From: Acidilobaceae archaeon
GTDB lineage: Archaea > Thermoproteota > Thermoprotei_A > Sulfolobales > Acidilobaceae
DNA length: 64,000 nucleotides
Direction: 5' to 3'
NCBI GenBank assembly: GCA_038824665.1
Contig: JAWBBK010000002.1
Location: 69,483 to 133,482 of the forward strand
Below, piece by piece: positions 49,207 to 59,342 of the stretch. Every line of letters begins with the position of its first letter. Within the stretch, counting starts at the first letter, position 1. The notes below the pieces were generated by a model, which worked only from the letters and a program-made list of their open reading frames with translations, was not told the DNA's origin and did no database searches. Both the position numbers and the translations under genes were made by a program.

Positions 49207-50232
49207 TTACTTCTCTCTTAGGATAGCGTAGTCCGCTAGCTCCTCTAAGCTTTTTCGAGCCTCTTCGTCAGCGATGTTAGTAAGACCCGCTAAGATCTCT
49301 TTGGCTCTCTCAACGTAGACCTTAGCTAACCTTTCTGCTTCAACGTCAGCTCCTGCCTTTTTTATGAGCTCTGCTGCTGTCTTCAACTCGCTTTCTGAAG
49401 CCTCATATCCTTTTGACAAAACGTCTAGAAGAAGCTTTCTCTCGCTGGGCTCTAGCACGGATAGAGCGTGAAGAACTAAGAACGTCTTCTTGGCTCTTTT
49501 AAGGTCGCTGTATACAGGCTTTCCTGTTTTTGAGGGGTCGCCGAACACTCCTAAGTAGTCATCTCTTATTTGAAAAGCTACTCCTACGAGAGCTCCGTAT
49601 TGTCCCATGAGTTCTACTACATCTCTCGAAACCCTAGCGGCTAGAGCTCCGAACTTTCCTGAAGCTTCCATCATTGCTCCTGTTTTGTGATAGACCATCA
49701 TTAAGTAGTCAGTTACGCTAACGTTCCAAGTTTTCTCGAAAAGCATATCATAGGCTTGACCTCTCGAGACCTTGATTCCTGTTTCTGTCAAGATCTCCAT
49801 GGCTTCATGAGCTTCGGCTTTAGTAAGCCCGTGCTTGTAACCGTTCACTATGAACCTATAAGCGTAAGCGTGAAGCAGATCGCCGGCTAGGATGGCCCAT
49901 TCAATGCCCCAAAGCTTGTGAACTGTAGGCACTCCTCTTCTATATTCGTCTCTGTCGATCACATCGTCATGAATTAAAGTAAACGTGTGAGCTACCTCTA
50001 CAGCAGCAGCTAGAGGCATCGCTCTGCTCTCTGCTTCTACTCCTCCCAACATTCTGGCAGTGAGCAAAGTGATCGCAGGTCTCAGCCTCTTTCCTCCAGC
50101 TCTGATCAGATGTAGTGAGGCTCGGTAGAGCTCTTCAGGTAGCCCAGAGATGTTGTCTAAAAGAAAGTGATCTAAGATCTTACTGTACTTTTGTAACGCT
50201 ACTTCTATCTGCTTCACGCTCTTCGCCCTCAA
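49207..50232 (-). CDS. gds: Geranylgeranyl diphosphate synthase
   Basis: GGKRLRP, LIHDDVIDxDxxRRG, GQAYD, KT, FQIRDD. Confidence 0.93.
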   Translation of the reverse strand: MRAKSVKQIEVALQKYSKILDHFLLDNISGLPEELYRASLHLIRAGGKRLRPAITLLTARMLGGVEAESRAMPLAAAVEVAHTFTLIHDDVIDRDEYRRGVPTVHKLWGIEWAILAGDLLHAYAYRFIVNGYKHGLTKAEAHEAMEILTETGIKVSRGQAYDMLFEKTWNVSVTDYLMMVYHKTGAMMEASGKFGALAARVSRDVVELMGQYGALVGVAFQIRDDYLGVFGDPSKTGKPVYSDLKRAKKTFLVLHALSVLEPSERKLLLDVLSKGYEASESELKTAAELIKKAGADVEAERLAKVYVERAKEILAGLTNIADEEARKSLEELADYAILREK

Positions 50233-51338
50233 ACCTTAAGAAGTGGTAAGAGTCTCCCTCTTCTTAAATACTCCTCTACATTAATGTTCCTGAACTCCAG
50301 CTCTTCTCTGAGCCTTCCGGAAAGCGTTAGAGGAGCTCTCCATAAATCCTTAACGTTTCTGCTCCCTGTAAGAAAAACAAGAATCCTCAGCTCTTCTAAG
50401 AATTCTCTCATCTTCTCTCTAAGCCCCTCATAACCTCCTTCAAAAAGAGCTTTTAGAAGCGGTCTAGCTATAGCTACAGCGTTTGCTCCTAAAGCTATAG
50501 ACTTAGCTATATCGAGAGAGCTCCTGATGCCACCGCTTCCGATCACGTAAGCTTTAGGAGCAGCTACTCTAGTCTCAACTATAGCTACAGCTGTAGGATT
50601 GCCCCACTCGTCAGCTATTTCCATATCACCTTTGCCTCTTCTGTAGTGTTCTACTTTGATCCAGCTAGTGCCGCCTCGTCCTTGTACATCGAAGCATTTA
50701 AAGCCGAGTCTGTAGAGTTCTCCAACAGTCTCTTTCCTTAGTCCGCTCCCAGTTTCTTTAATTATTAAAGGAACTTCTATACGGTCAGCTATCTCAACAA
50801 GCTTCTCGAGAAGTCTTCTGTAGGCAGGCTCTCCTTCAGGTTGAAACGCTTCTTGAGCGGGATTTAGATGAATAGCTAGAGCGTCAGCTTTGATCATATC
50901 TATTGCTCTTCTAAGCTCTTTAAGCCCATAGCCTTTGACTAGTTGAGCTCCTCCGATGTTGGCTATTATGAAAGCATTAGGAGCAGCTTCTCTGGCTATC
51001 CTAAACGTGCTTTCTAGAGAAGGGTCTTCTATAGCGGCTCTCTGACTACCTACGCCTACAGCTATACCGAACTCTTCAGCTACTCTCGCTAACGCTTCGT
51101 TTATCCACGCTACATCAGGATGTCCTCCAGTCATTCCAGCTATTATTATAGGAGCTTTGATCTTCTTGTCAGCATTACATACGTCTACAGTCAAGTCTAC
51201 GTCTTCAAGGTCTAGCTCGGGTAGCGGATTGTGGATCAATCTCACATACTCTAACAAAGAAGACCCTTTAGACTCTACGTCTTTATCGACAGACAGTTTC
51301 ACGTGTTCTAGCTTCCTAGAGGAAGTGTTTCCCATCAT
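50229..51338 (-). CDS. fni: Type 2 isopentenyl-diphosphate isomerase
   Basis: RKLEH, MTGG, GSQR, HLNPAQE, KETG, GGTSW, SGGIR. Confidence 0.97.
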   Translation of the reverse strand: MMGNTSSRKLEHVKLSVDKDVESKGSSLLEYVRLIHNPLPELDLEDVDLTVDVCNADKKIKAPIIIAGMTGGHPDVAWINEALARVAEEFGIAVGVGSQRAAIEDPSLESTFRIAREAAPNAFIIANIGGAQLVKGYGLKELRRAIDMIKADALAIHLNPAQEAFQPEGEPAYRRLLEKLVEIADRIEVPLIIKETGSGLRKETVGELYRLGFKCFDVQGRGGTSWIKVEHYRRGKGDMEIADEWGNPTAVAIVETRVAAPKAYVIGSGGIRSSLDIAKSIALGANAVAIARPLLKALFEGGYEGLREKMREFLEELRILVFLTGSRNVKDLWRAPLTLSGRLREELEFRNINVEEYLRRGRLLPLLKV

Positions 51339-52108
51339 TTTCCTCTAACCCTAGTTCCTACGTTGAGTCCTTCAAGAGCTGCGCTTAGGTATTTTAGACC
51401 TACTATTCTGATATTCTCAACTGCTCTAGAGGCTTTCAGAGCCTTTTCCACTTTTTTGATCATTCCTCCAGTTACGTCTGGAGCTTGAAGTGGAAGAGTC
51501 TCTACTTGATCTAAACTCTCTACTAACTCCAAGACTTTGCCCTCGCGCGATAAAACTCCTGAGGTAGAGGTCACGAATATCAAGCAGTCAGCTTTTACAG
51601 CTAAAGCCGCTTCTACAGCTATATCGTCACCGCTGATTACTCGAAATCCATCTTCAGCTGAAGGTATAACGTCGCCGAAAAGTACAGGTACTAGTCCTAA
51701 AGAGAGGTCTCTGATCACGAGGTCCATATTGCACGAGCTGGAGTTCCCATCTCTACACAAACTATGAGGAGGATGTAATACAGCAGGAACGTTTTCGTTT
51801 ACTAACTTAGAAAGCACAGATGTCGCTAGTTTTAACATTGATAGTTGCACGACGCTAGAGTCTGTAGCTTCTAATCTGTTCTTAGAGTTCAAGATCTTAG
51901 AGACGGCATTATGTCCAAAGCTTCCACCTCCTAAGACTAGAACGAGCTTTCTCCCTTTCTCCACATATTTCTTCAAAGCTTCAACACAAACTGTAAGGTT
52001 CTCAAAGTCTATAGTTTCCGGCACGTTTTTCTTAGTGATAACGCTACCTCCTAACTTGACTACAGCTACTTTACACATCATTTTACACCTCAACACATAG
52101 CAACTCAA
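51335..52108 (-). CDS. ipk: Isopentenyl phosphate kinase
   Basis: KLGGSVIT, GGGSFGH, GDV, SGD, DVTGGM; isoprenoid cluster context. Confidence 0.92.
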   Translation of the reverse strand: MSCYVLRCKMMCKVAVVKLGGSVITKKNVPETIDFENLTVCVEALKKYVEKGRKLVLVLGGGSFGHNAVSKILNSKNRLEATDSSVVQLSMLKLATSVLSKLVNENVPAVLHPPHSLCRDGNSSSCNMDLVIRDLSLGLVPVLFGDVIPSAEDGFRVISGDDIAVEAALAVKADCLIFVTSTSGVLSREGKVLELVESLDQVETLPLQAPDVTGGMIKKVEKALKASRAVENIRIVGLKYLSAALEGLNVGTRVRGK

Positions 52109-52874
52109 ACAGTCCAGGGAGAGCAGGACTCCAGAAGCAATTTTTCTGAGGTTTGTCTAAATCCCATACTGCTATAGCTATAGCATCAAGTATAGGTTTA
52201 TGTTTAAACAAGGTCTCAAAGAGCTCTAATCCATCTTTTATATCTGTAGCGATCTGAAGCACGACGATTCCCGCTAGGTGGACTAAGGAGCTGTAGATAT
52301 CCAAACTCAGGCTTTCTTTCGAGATCCTAGCGGATTGTCTATATGCTCTTTCGTTGATCTCAACTTTAGACGTAAGTCTTGTTGCTTTAAACTCGTAGAC
52401 CTCGTCGAGGTCTCTATAGGCTATCACGTTACCAGAAGTAGCGGAATACCTCAGAGCGCTGATCGCAGTTCTTAGGCTCTCATCGACATCTAGAGGATCA
52501 GCTAGACTGAGAATCTCAACGATTTCTCTAGATGACGGAGTCTCGCCATGTGCTTCGGCTAAGGCGTAATAGAGGACGGATGAGAGAGAAGCGTAGAGCC
52601 CTCCCAAAGGGACTCTATCTGTAGAACTCAAGACCTCTGCTTGAGAACACAGGTTGAACCCTAAGTTCTCTAGAAGGTTGGTCCACAGAGATCCTATGTG
52701 TTCTTCTAGAGCTGGAACCCCCTTTACTTTAACTAAAGGTTCTCGACATTCATTGATTTCAATATTAACTATAGCATCGCTAACGGGAGCGGCTATATAG
52801 GGGTTCTTGCTTTCAGGAACGGGAATTCCAGCTAGTATCGCTGGAACCTTGGTTAAGTACTTAGCTCTATACAT
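52083..52874 (-). CDS. Highly diverged GHMP / mevalonate-kinase-like protein
   Basis: Sits at the mvk position; KVPAILAG..PYIAAPV echoes the MVK N-terminus but the GEH and PxGxGLGSS motifs are lost. Confidence 0.55.
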   Translation of the reverse strand: MYRAKYLTKVPAILAGIPVPESKNPYIAAPVSDAIVNIEINECREPLVKVKGVPALEEHIGSLWTNLLENLGFNLCSQAEVLSSTDRVPLGGLYASLSSVLYYALAEAHGETPSSREIVEILSLADPLDVDESLRTAISALRYSATSGNVIAYRDLDEVYEFKATRLTSKVEINERAYRQSARISKESLSLDIYSSLVHLAGIVVLQIATDIKDGLELFETLFKHKPILDAIAIAVWDLDKPQKNCFWSPALPGLFELLCVEV

Positions 52875-52886
52875 AAGTTTGTGACC

Positions 52887-53753
52887 TCAAGACAGAGGGA
52901 CTACGGCACTAGCGTAGCCGACTACGAAATCCCTTTCTCCTGTGACGTCTCCCGACGTAGCGTGAGCTAGAAGCTTAGGCTTCACTCCCAACCTCTTAGC
53001 TATATACGCTAACGTTGACAACGATATAGGACCACATGCTGATATATTATATTTCTCTATCACGTTAAAAACTCCTTCCGGATCAGGCTTGAGGAACTCT
53101 TCTAAGACTATCTTATCCTTCTCTACAGAGATCTCGTGTGGTTCGTAGTGATTTAAGTCAGAGGTGGCTATCAGTACGACGTCTACGTTCAGCTCTTCTC
53201 TGATTTTCATTATGGCATCACCTAATCTGTGGGCTATCTCAAAGGTTTGAACCAGAACGGTTACAGGAACTATCTTGAACTCCTCTTTACAAACATACTG
53301 AAGAAAGGGAAGCTGAACTTCGAGAGAGTGTTCTTCTATGTGAGCTCTGTAATCGAATGCAGCTACACCGCTTAAAGAGACTAGTTCTCGAGCGATCTCA
53401 GAATCAACTTCAACATCACCTAGTGGAGTTCTCCAAACGCCTTCTCCGAAAACAGCTACAGGAAGCCCCATTCCAGTATGGTTCGGTCCTAAAAGGATCA
53501 CAGTTTTGGGACAACCTTCAGCGGCTAGCTTTAGGTAAGCATGAGAGGCTATAGGACCACTATACATATAGCCGGCATGTGGTACCAAGAACCCTATAGC
53601 GTTCCTACCTTTTGTCTCGTCTCTAGAGGGAAGCTGACCAGGTCCTAACTTGTGCAAAAACGAGTCGCTCAAAGCTTTCAGTAAGCTCTCTCTTCTGCTC
53701 GGATAAAACGTACCGGAGTAAGCCGGTAGCCTTACACGCAAAAGCTTGTTCAC
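52887..53753 (-). CDS. MEMO1 family protein (AmmeMemoRadiSam protein B)
   Basis: RLPAYSGTFYP, PHAGYMYSG, GPNH, TPLG, EHSLEVQLPFL, SDLNHY, CG, VGY. Confidence 0.95.
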   Translation of the reverse strand: MNKLLRVRLPAYSGTFYPSRRESLLKALSDSFLHKLGPGQLPSRDETKGRNAIGFLVPHAGYMYSGPIASHAYLKLAAEGCPKTVILLGPNHTGMGLPVAVFGEGVWRTPLGDVEVDSEIARELVSLSGVAAFDYRAHIEEHSLEVQLPFLQYVCKEEFKIVPVTVLVQTFEIAHRLGDAIMKIREELNVDVVLIATSDLNHYEPHEISVEKDKIVLEEFLKPDPEGVFNVIEKYNISACGPISLSTLAYIAKRLGVKPKLLAHATSGDVTGERDFVVGYASAVVPLS

Positions 53754-53803
53754 CCTTTTCTCTATCCGCCATCAAGGGTTAAATTAGCGTCTCAAAAAAC
53801 TCT

Positions 53804-54802
53804 CTAAAGAACAAGGCCTTCTCGTTCTTTCCACATTCTTTCAAGCTCTTTCCTATAAACGTCTATAGCTGGAGTATCGGTAGGGTCTAATCCTAACATC
53901 TGTGCAGCCAAGACTGAAGAGTAACCAGCCAGTAAGGTCTTTTCGAGAACTCCTCCAAGACTTCTATCTACTTCTACTCGTAACACTCTTCCGACCTTTT
54001 CGAAAATTGATGAGGCTATCCTCAAAGCTTCTCTACTGAACTCTTTCCAACCCTCTAAGACTATGAAAGATACTGAAGCTTTAAAGAAAAACCACGAGTT
54101 GATATCGTTATGAGCCGATTCAGGATAGACCTCAAGTTTTGCTACCCTTTTAGAGTTTTCAGCGATCTCAGACTTCCATCTTTCAGCAATTGCTGAGACG
54201 TCTCTAGTAGAAGCCACTACCGTTATCTGACTCTCCGCAATAGCTCTAGCGTACTCTAGAGCGCTTTCTATGTTGAGTTCTTTGAGTCTTCTAGAGGTCA
54301 AGTTTACGTCTTGCTCACTGATAGGCAGAAGGTCGAGAGATGTAAGCGCTCCTAACGCTCCTCCGAGCATTGCAGGTAGAGCAGCTCTAGGTTTTAGTCC
54401 TGTTCTCACAGGTATCCAAGGAAACCTTCGCTTAAGCGCTATCTCCTTCAAAACCCCTCCGCTTGAAAGAACAACTGTCGGAAATCCTTCTCTTAACGCT
54501 TCAAACAGACAGGAGATGGTCTCAACAGTGTTACCTGAATAGCTAATGGCAAAGACTAGAGGAGGTTCGACTATTCGTCTTTTCAGATTAATAGAGAAGT
54601 CCTTGACTACTTCTATCGAAACCTCAGAGCCGTAGAGTTCAGCTATCAGTCGGACCAGATCTCCGACAGCTCCGCTTCCTCCAACTCCACATATGAGAAC
54701 CATCTTAGTGACTTTTTTCATATCGATCTGTACCTCTAAACCTCTTGTAAAGCCTTCTCGTAGGAGCTCTGGCCAAGAGCGATATTGTTCGAGTAGGCTC
54801 AA
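53804..54802 (-). CDS. Bifunctional phosphoglucose/phosphomannose isomerase (SIS fold)
   Basis: CGVGGSG, SYSGNTxET, SSGG, PRAA, ENSK, PESAHN. Confidence 0.9.
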   Translation of the reverse strand: MSLLEQYRSWPELLREGFTRGLEVQIDMKKVTKMVLICGVGGSGAVGDLVRLIAELYGSEVSIEVVKDFSINLKRRIVEPPLVFAISYSGNTVETISCLFEALREGFPTVVLSSGGVLKEIALKRRFPWIPVRTGLKPRAALPAMLGGALGALTSLDLLPISEQDVNLTSRRLKELNIESALEYARAIAESQITVVASTRDVSAIAERWKSEIAENSKRVAKLEVYPESAHNDINSWFFFKASVSFIVLEGWKEFSREALRIASSIFEKVGRVLRVEVDRSLGGVLEKTLLAGYSSVLAAQMLGLDPTDTPAIDVYRKELERMWKEREGLVL

Positions 54803-54806
54803 GCTA

Positions 54807-56336
54807 TCACCTTCTTATGAAATTCAACAACTCACTGAATAGCGTTTCTCTGTATCTTTGTCTCAAGAGCCATCTTTCGTTATACAGAGTCTTATGGACC
54901 TCTTCATCATCTGAGAACACATAGACTTGAACGATAGGTGTTGATGCAGCTCTAGAGACAGCTCTTAAATAATGAGTCAACTCAAGGCTTTTGAGAGCCT
55001 CAGAGTTCACGATCTTCCTCACAGAGCTGTAAGCTTTTACATGATTTTCGTTGAGCCCGACCTCTCGAACTACTCTGTATACGCTATCTTCAGCTATTTT
55101 TTCTAAGTCAAGGTTGGCTAAATATTCGCTTATGTCAAGCGATGATAACGCTCCACCTATCAGAAACTCTTCTGTTCTTTTGATTAGAGACACTGGAAGA
55201 AGACGTCGTTCGTGAAGAAGAGACCTCGCCCATCTTCTCAACACTTTGCTTCCGCGAGTAGCCGCTAGTTTGATTAAGTACATGACCTCGTTATCGTCCA
55301 TATAGACAAAACCTTCAGCTATTAGCTCAGCTAGTTTAGAAGGAGTCATTAAAGTAGTTGGGTCTCCTATCTTTTCATAGATTTGTGGACTGAGGTTTTC
55401 CCACTCTTCAAATATGAGCTCAAGCGTTCTCGAGACGGCTAGCTGTATAGCTAAAAGCTTGTGGTGAAAGTAGACACTTCTATACATCTTAAACCTAGCG
55501 TCAAACATGTCTTCTATAGATTGAACAGCCTTAGGAGTTATGATTACATCAGGCTCTCCGTTCTTTACGGTAACGTCTAGTCCCTCTATGAGTCTATCTA
55601 GATCTATATATCCATAAACTACTCCAGTATACAGCGCATCTCTAACTAGGTAGTCAACTCTATCAACGTCGTAGATCTCGTTTGAAAGTAGCTTAGAGAT
55701 CAATTGAAGAGCTTCTTTCTTCAATCCTAGGCTTTCCCATATTTGTTCTGGTCTGGAAAGTCCGAAAGGCTTGATAGCGTTAAGAGCTGCAATGAGTTTG
55801 ATCGAGGTTTCTTCGCTTTCTTCTTTAACTACTTCAGCTAACTTCTTAACGAAATATGTAGTGTAAGCTTCATGTATTTTCGTGTTGAGACTTAAGCTTT
55901 CAGCTTCTCGAGCTATAGCTTCAACAACTTTACAGGCTTTCGGAAGTCTTTCACCACTCCAACAGTCTTTCATTATGTGGACAAGAGCCTCTTCGCTGGC
56001 GTGACTGAAGGCCAGATGACCTGAATCATGAAGAAGAGCAGCTAGTCTCGAGACCTCTAAAAACTTCTGGAGAACTCGAGGGGTGCAGTTTAGCGTTAGA
56101 GCTTCACACAACACGCTGTCCTCTTCAGCTTTTGAGATTATCCTAGATACGATCCTGTGCATCAGATATGTGGCTCCTAAAGAGTGCTCTAGTCTTGAGT
56201 GTGTAGCTGTAGGAAAGACTAGATATGCTAGACCCAGTTGTTTAATTTCGTGTAGTCTTCTCAAAAAAGGGGTTTGGAGAAGCACATATTCTTCGCTGGT
56301 TATCTTTATCGCTCCATGAACGCTGTCTTCGATCAC
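54807..56336 (-). CDS. HD-domain phosphohydrolase (SAMHD1/dNTPase-like)
   Basis: DSVHG, RLHEIKQLG, HSRLEHSLG, LLHDSGH, DVDRVDYLVRD, MYRSVYFH. Confidence 0.92.
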   Translation of the reverse strand: MIEDSVHGAIKITSEEYVLLQTPFLRRLHEIKQLGLAYLVFPTATHSRLEHSLGATYLMHRIVSRIISKAEEDSVLCEALTLNCTPRVLQKFLEVSRLAALLHDSGHLAFSHASEEALVHIMKDCWSGERLPKACKVVEAIAREAESLSLNTKIHEAYTTYFVKKLAEVVKEESEETSIKLIAALNAIKPFGLSRPEQIWESLGLKKEALQLISKLLSNEIYDVDRVDYLVRDALYTGVVYGYIDLDRLIEGLDVTVKNGEPDVIITPKAVQSIEDMFDARFKMYRSVYFHHKLLAIQLAVSRTLELIFEEWENLSPQIYEKIGDPTTLMTPSKLAELIAEGFVYMDDNEVMYLIKLAATRGSKVLRRWARSLLHERRLLPVSLIKRTEEFLIGGALSSLDISEYLANLDLEKIAEDSVYRVVREVGLNENHVKAYSSVRKIVNSEALKSLELTHYLRAVSRAASTPIVQVYVFSDDEEVHKTLYNERWLLRQRYRETLFSELLNFIRR

Positions 56337-56522
56337 TGCTCTAAAGCTAAGTTGACGGTCGGAACTCTCTATTTCCTTCCCCTATGACTGTTAGACCTCT
56401 AGACGGTAATTAGAGTTTCTTCTTCTGTTGTCACAGAATAGCGCAAGCACAGACTTCACAGAAGCCAACGTAGTCTTTTACTCTGTTTAAATTTTTGGGG
56501 CTTACTAGGACTGGGGAGGCTT

Positions 56523-57251
56523 ATGGACAAGCTGAGACTCGTTTTAGTAGGCGTAGAGGGGTCTGTTAACCTAGGCTTTATAGCGAGACTCGCTAAGAAT
56601 TTCGCAGTAGAAGAACTCTATCTGGTTAACCCTCAAGCCAGTATCGAGGAGGCTGAGAGATATGCCGCTAAGGCAGTCGATAGATTACGTTCAGTTAAAG
56701 TAGTTGAGAGTCTGTCCGAGGCTCTCAAGGACGTTTCGCTCTCTATATGTACATCAGCAATATCTTCTTCTGAGGACACTCTGAGAACTTCTATCACGGT
56801 ATGGGAGGCAGCAGAACTCGCAGCAGCCTCTGAAGGTACTGTGGCTTTAATTATGGGTAGAGAGAGCACAGGGCTCTGGAGAGAAGAAATAGAATTGTGT
56901 TCTACTCTAGCAACGATACCGGCTAGTCCCGAATATCCTGAACTCAATCTCAGTAACGCTACTGCCATATTCTTATACGAGTTTTTTAAAAGACGAGGAA
57001 GACCTCATACTGAAGTCAGATCCGTCACCCCTAAGACAGCTAGGCTGATAAAAGAGTACGTAAGGTTGCTAGCGAAAACCCTCATAGCTGACGAGAGGAA
57101 GGCTGAATCTATAGCTCGAGGTGTTGCAAAGATAGTTCTTAAGCCAAGCGTCTACGAGTCAGAGGCTAGGTCTCTTCTCACGTTACTTTCAAGGGCCTGC
57201 AGAAAGATCGCTAAAGAGTGTAGAGTAGAGGTTGACAACGAGATTGATTAA
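56523..57251 (+). CDS. trmJ: tRNA 2'-O-methyltransferase, TrmJ family (SPOUT)
   Basis: NLGFIARLAKNF, LYLVNP, GRESTGL, IPASPEYPELNLS. Confidence 0.85.
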   Translation: MDKLRLVLVGVEGSVNLGFIARLAKNFAVEELYLVNPQASIEEAERYAAKAVDRLRSVKVVESLSEALKDVSLSICTSAISSSEDTLRTSITVWEAAELAAASEGTVALIMGRESTGLWREEIELCSTLATIPASPEYPELNLSNATAIFLYEFFKRRGRPHTEVRSVTPKTARLIKEYVRLLAKTLIADERKAESIARGVAKIVLKPSVYESEARSLLTLLSRACRKIAKECRVEVDNEID

Positions 57252-58317
57252 GAGAGCGTCTGTATTGGTGACCTGTGACCCGGGTCTCGAGCGCATAGCC
57301 ATGTTGGAAATAGTTGAGGAAATACCTGAGGCGTCAGAGCTAAGAAGTCCTCTTCGTGGAAGAGTTACAGCCGAAATACCCGTAGAGAAAATTGAAAAAC
57401 TGTTCAAGCTTAAATCCATTCATTCAGTTGCGTTACTCCTTTCACAAAAAAAGGTCGCTAAGAGTCTTTCGGGACTAGATGAAATCAGAGAGGCTGTCTG
57501 CGAGTCGAAACCTTGGGAGTTTCTCCTTCCCAACTATACCTTCGCTGTAGAAGCTCGAAGGATTGGAGAAGGACATAGCTATACATCTATAGATGTAGCT
57601 AGAGCTGTAGGAGCAGCGTTCCAGAAGTGCGTAGCTGAAGTCAAGAGTTTTGTTCCAGAAGTGCGTCTGAACAGTCCTCATGTAGTTCTTTACGCTGAGA
57701 TAAACGATGACGTTTTTAGCTTTGGTATAGAACTCACGCCAGAGAGGTCTCTACATGCGAGAAGGTATAGAGTCTACGATCATCCAGCATCATTAAAGCC
57801 GACTATAGCATACGGTATGTTGAGACTATCGAAAGCTAGAGACGGAGAGCACATCGTGGATCCCATGTGTGGAGGTGGCACAATAGCTATAGAAGCGGCG
57901 TTGCTTTTTGAGTCCTCTCCTGTGACCTGTATCGATATAAACAGAGAGTATTTGAGAGGTGCAATGATGAACGCTTTAATGGCTAGAGTGTACAAAAGGA
58001 TAAACTTCATTAGAGGAGACGTAACGCAACTTTCGTCTATCTTAGGCTCAGAAGTCGTAGACAGGCTAGTGACGAACCCTCCTTACGGTTTGAGGATGGG
58101 TGACGTTCGGAGGTCTAAGGAGCTTTTAGAAAAATTCATACCAGAGGCATGGAAGACCTTAAGGTCGGGAGGCACTCTTACGCTAGTAACGCCTTACGGA
58201 CAGTACGTTAAAAAGATTGCTTTTGAGACCGGTTTTACTCTTTTAGAAGAACTGGAAGTCTATCACGGAGATTTAAGGATTTTCTTAGAGGTCTTTGAGA
58301 AAGGTCTTGAGGTTTAG
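57232..58317 (+). CDS. THUMP-domain tRNA m2G methyltransferase (Trm14/TrmN-like)
   Basis: THUMP N-terminus, SLHARRYR, HPASL, DPMCGGGTI, NPPYG. Confidence 0.88.
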   Translation: MTTRLIKRASVLVTCDPGLERIAMLEIVEEIPEASELRSPLRGRVTAEIPVEKIEKLFKLKSIHSVALLLSQKKVAKSLSGLDEIREAVCESKPWEFLLPNYTFAVEARRIGEGHSYTSIDVARAVGAAFQKCVAEVKSFVPEVRLNSPHVVLYAEINDDVFSFGIELTPERSLHARRYRVYDHPASLKPTIAYGMLRLSKARDGEHIVDPMCGGGTIAIEAALLFESSPVTCIDINREYLRGAMMNALMARVYKRINFIRGDVTQLSSILGSEVVDRLVTNPPYGLRMGDVRRSKELLEKFIPEAWKTLRSGGTLTLVTPYGQYVKKIAFETGFTLLEELEVYHGDLRIFLEVFEKGLEV

Positions 58318-58398
58318 TCGATAACGACTCTCAAAACAGAGACTCAGTCAATATAAGGCTTAAAACTCGCCCTCCACAAAGGGCGTGAGGGTTTAGGT

Positions 58399-58848
58399 AT
58401 GTCTGTGGAGTTGATCAAGCCCGAGTGGAAGAAGTTCGTCTATCGAGGTAAGACTCTCGACGAAATACTAACTATGCCGTTTGAGGACTTCATTAAGCTT
58501 CTTCCTTCTCGTCAGAGAAGAAGTCTACTTAGGCTAGCTCGTGGGCTTGATCCAAGAAGGAAGAGATTTTTAGAGAAAATAAAAGACATAAGGAAAGCTA
58601 TCTTAGAAGGCAGAGTCAACAAAGACGTCGTTATAAAGACTCATATAAGAGATATGCCTATAGTCCCAGAGATGGTGGGACTTACTTTCGGCGTTTACAA
58701 CGGTAAAGAATATGTCCAGGTGAAAGTAACGCCAGAGATGATCGGACATTACCTAGGAGAGTTCGCTCTGACGACTAAGATAGTAAAGCATGGAGAGCCT
58801 GGACTAAAAGCTACGAGAAGCAGTCTCCACGTCGAGGCTAAAGGGTAA
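58399..58848 (+). CDS. rps19: 30S ribosomal protein S19 (uS19)
   Basis: [29 protein letters not shown]. Confidence 0.97.
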   Translation: MSVELIKPEWKKFVYRGKTLDEILTMPFEDFIKLLPSRQRRSLLRLARGLDPRRKRFLEKIKDIRKAILEGRVNKDVVIKTHIRDMPIVPEMVGLTFGVYNGKEYVQVKVTPEMIGHYLGEFALTTKIVKHGEPGLKATRSSLHVEAKG

Positions 58849-58859
58849 GGTGAACTTTT

Positions 58860-59330
58860 ATGCCGCGCTGGAGCTATTCTGTTCAGCTAGCCGATGAAAG
58901 CAAAATAGCTAAGGCCATGATATGGGACGTACCTGTCCATCCTAAAGTGATGAGAGAAGTGTGTAGAGTTCTCAAAGGTATGAAGCTTAGTGAGGCTAAA
59001 AAGTATCTAGAGAAAGTAATAGAACTCAAAGAGCCCATACCTTTTAGAAGGAGTTATGGAAAGCAAGCTCATAGAAGAGGGTTAGCCGATAAGTGGGGAT
59101 GGCCTATAGGCAGATATCCCGTTAAGGCAGCTAAGTATTTGCTTAAGCTTCTTAATAACGTAGAGAACAACGCTGAGGTCAAGGGATTGGATCTCGAGAA
59201 ATTGAGGATAATCCACATAGCGTCGCACAAAGGAATGACCTTAAAGAGGTGGATGCCTAGAGCTTTTGGAAGAGCTACGCCTAAGTTTAGGATGCGCAGT
59301 CATGTTGAGATAGTGGTAGCTGAAGAATAA
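58860..59330 (+). CDS. rpl22: 50S ribosomal protein L22 (uL22)
   Basis: GRYPVKAA, NAEVKGLD, PRAFGRA, HVEI. Confidence 0.97.
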   Translation: MPRWSYSVQLADESKIAKAMIWDVPVHPKVMREVCRVLKGMKLSEAKKYLEKVIELKEPIPFRRSYGKQAHRRGLADKWGWPIGRYPVKAAKYLLKLLNNVENNAEVKGLDLEKLRIIHIASHKGMTLKRWMPRAFGRATPKFRMRSHVEIVVAEE

Positions 59331-59342
59331 AGGTGAAATGAT

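Noticed and set aside
56336-56385. Upstream ATA start for the HD-domain gene
   Set aside because: Frame is open for about 14 extra codons, but the GTG start already includes the conserved DxxHG motif, so evidence is insufficient
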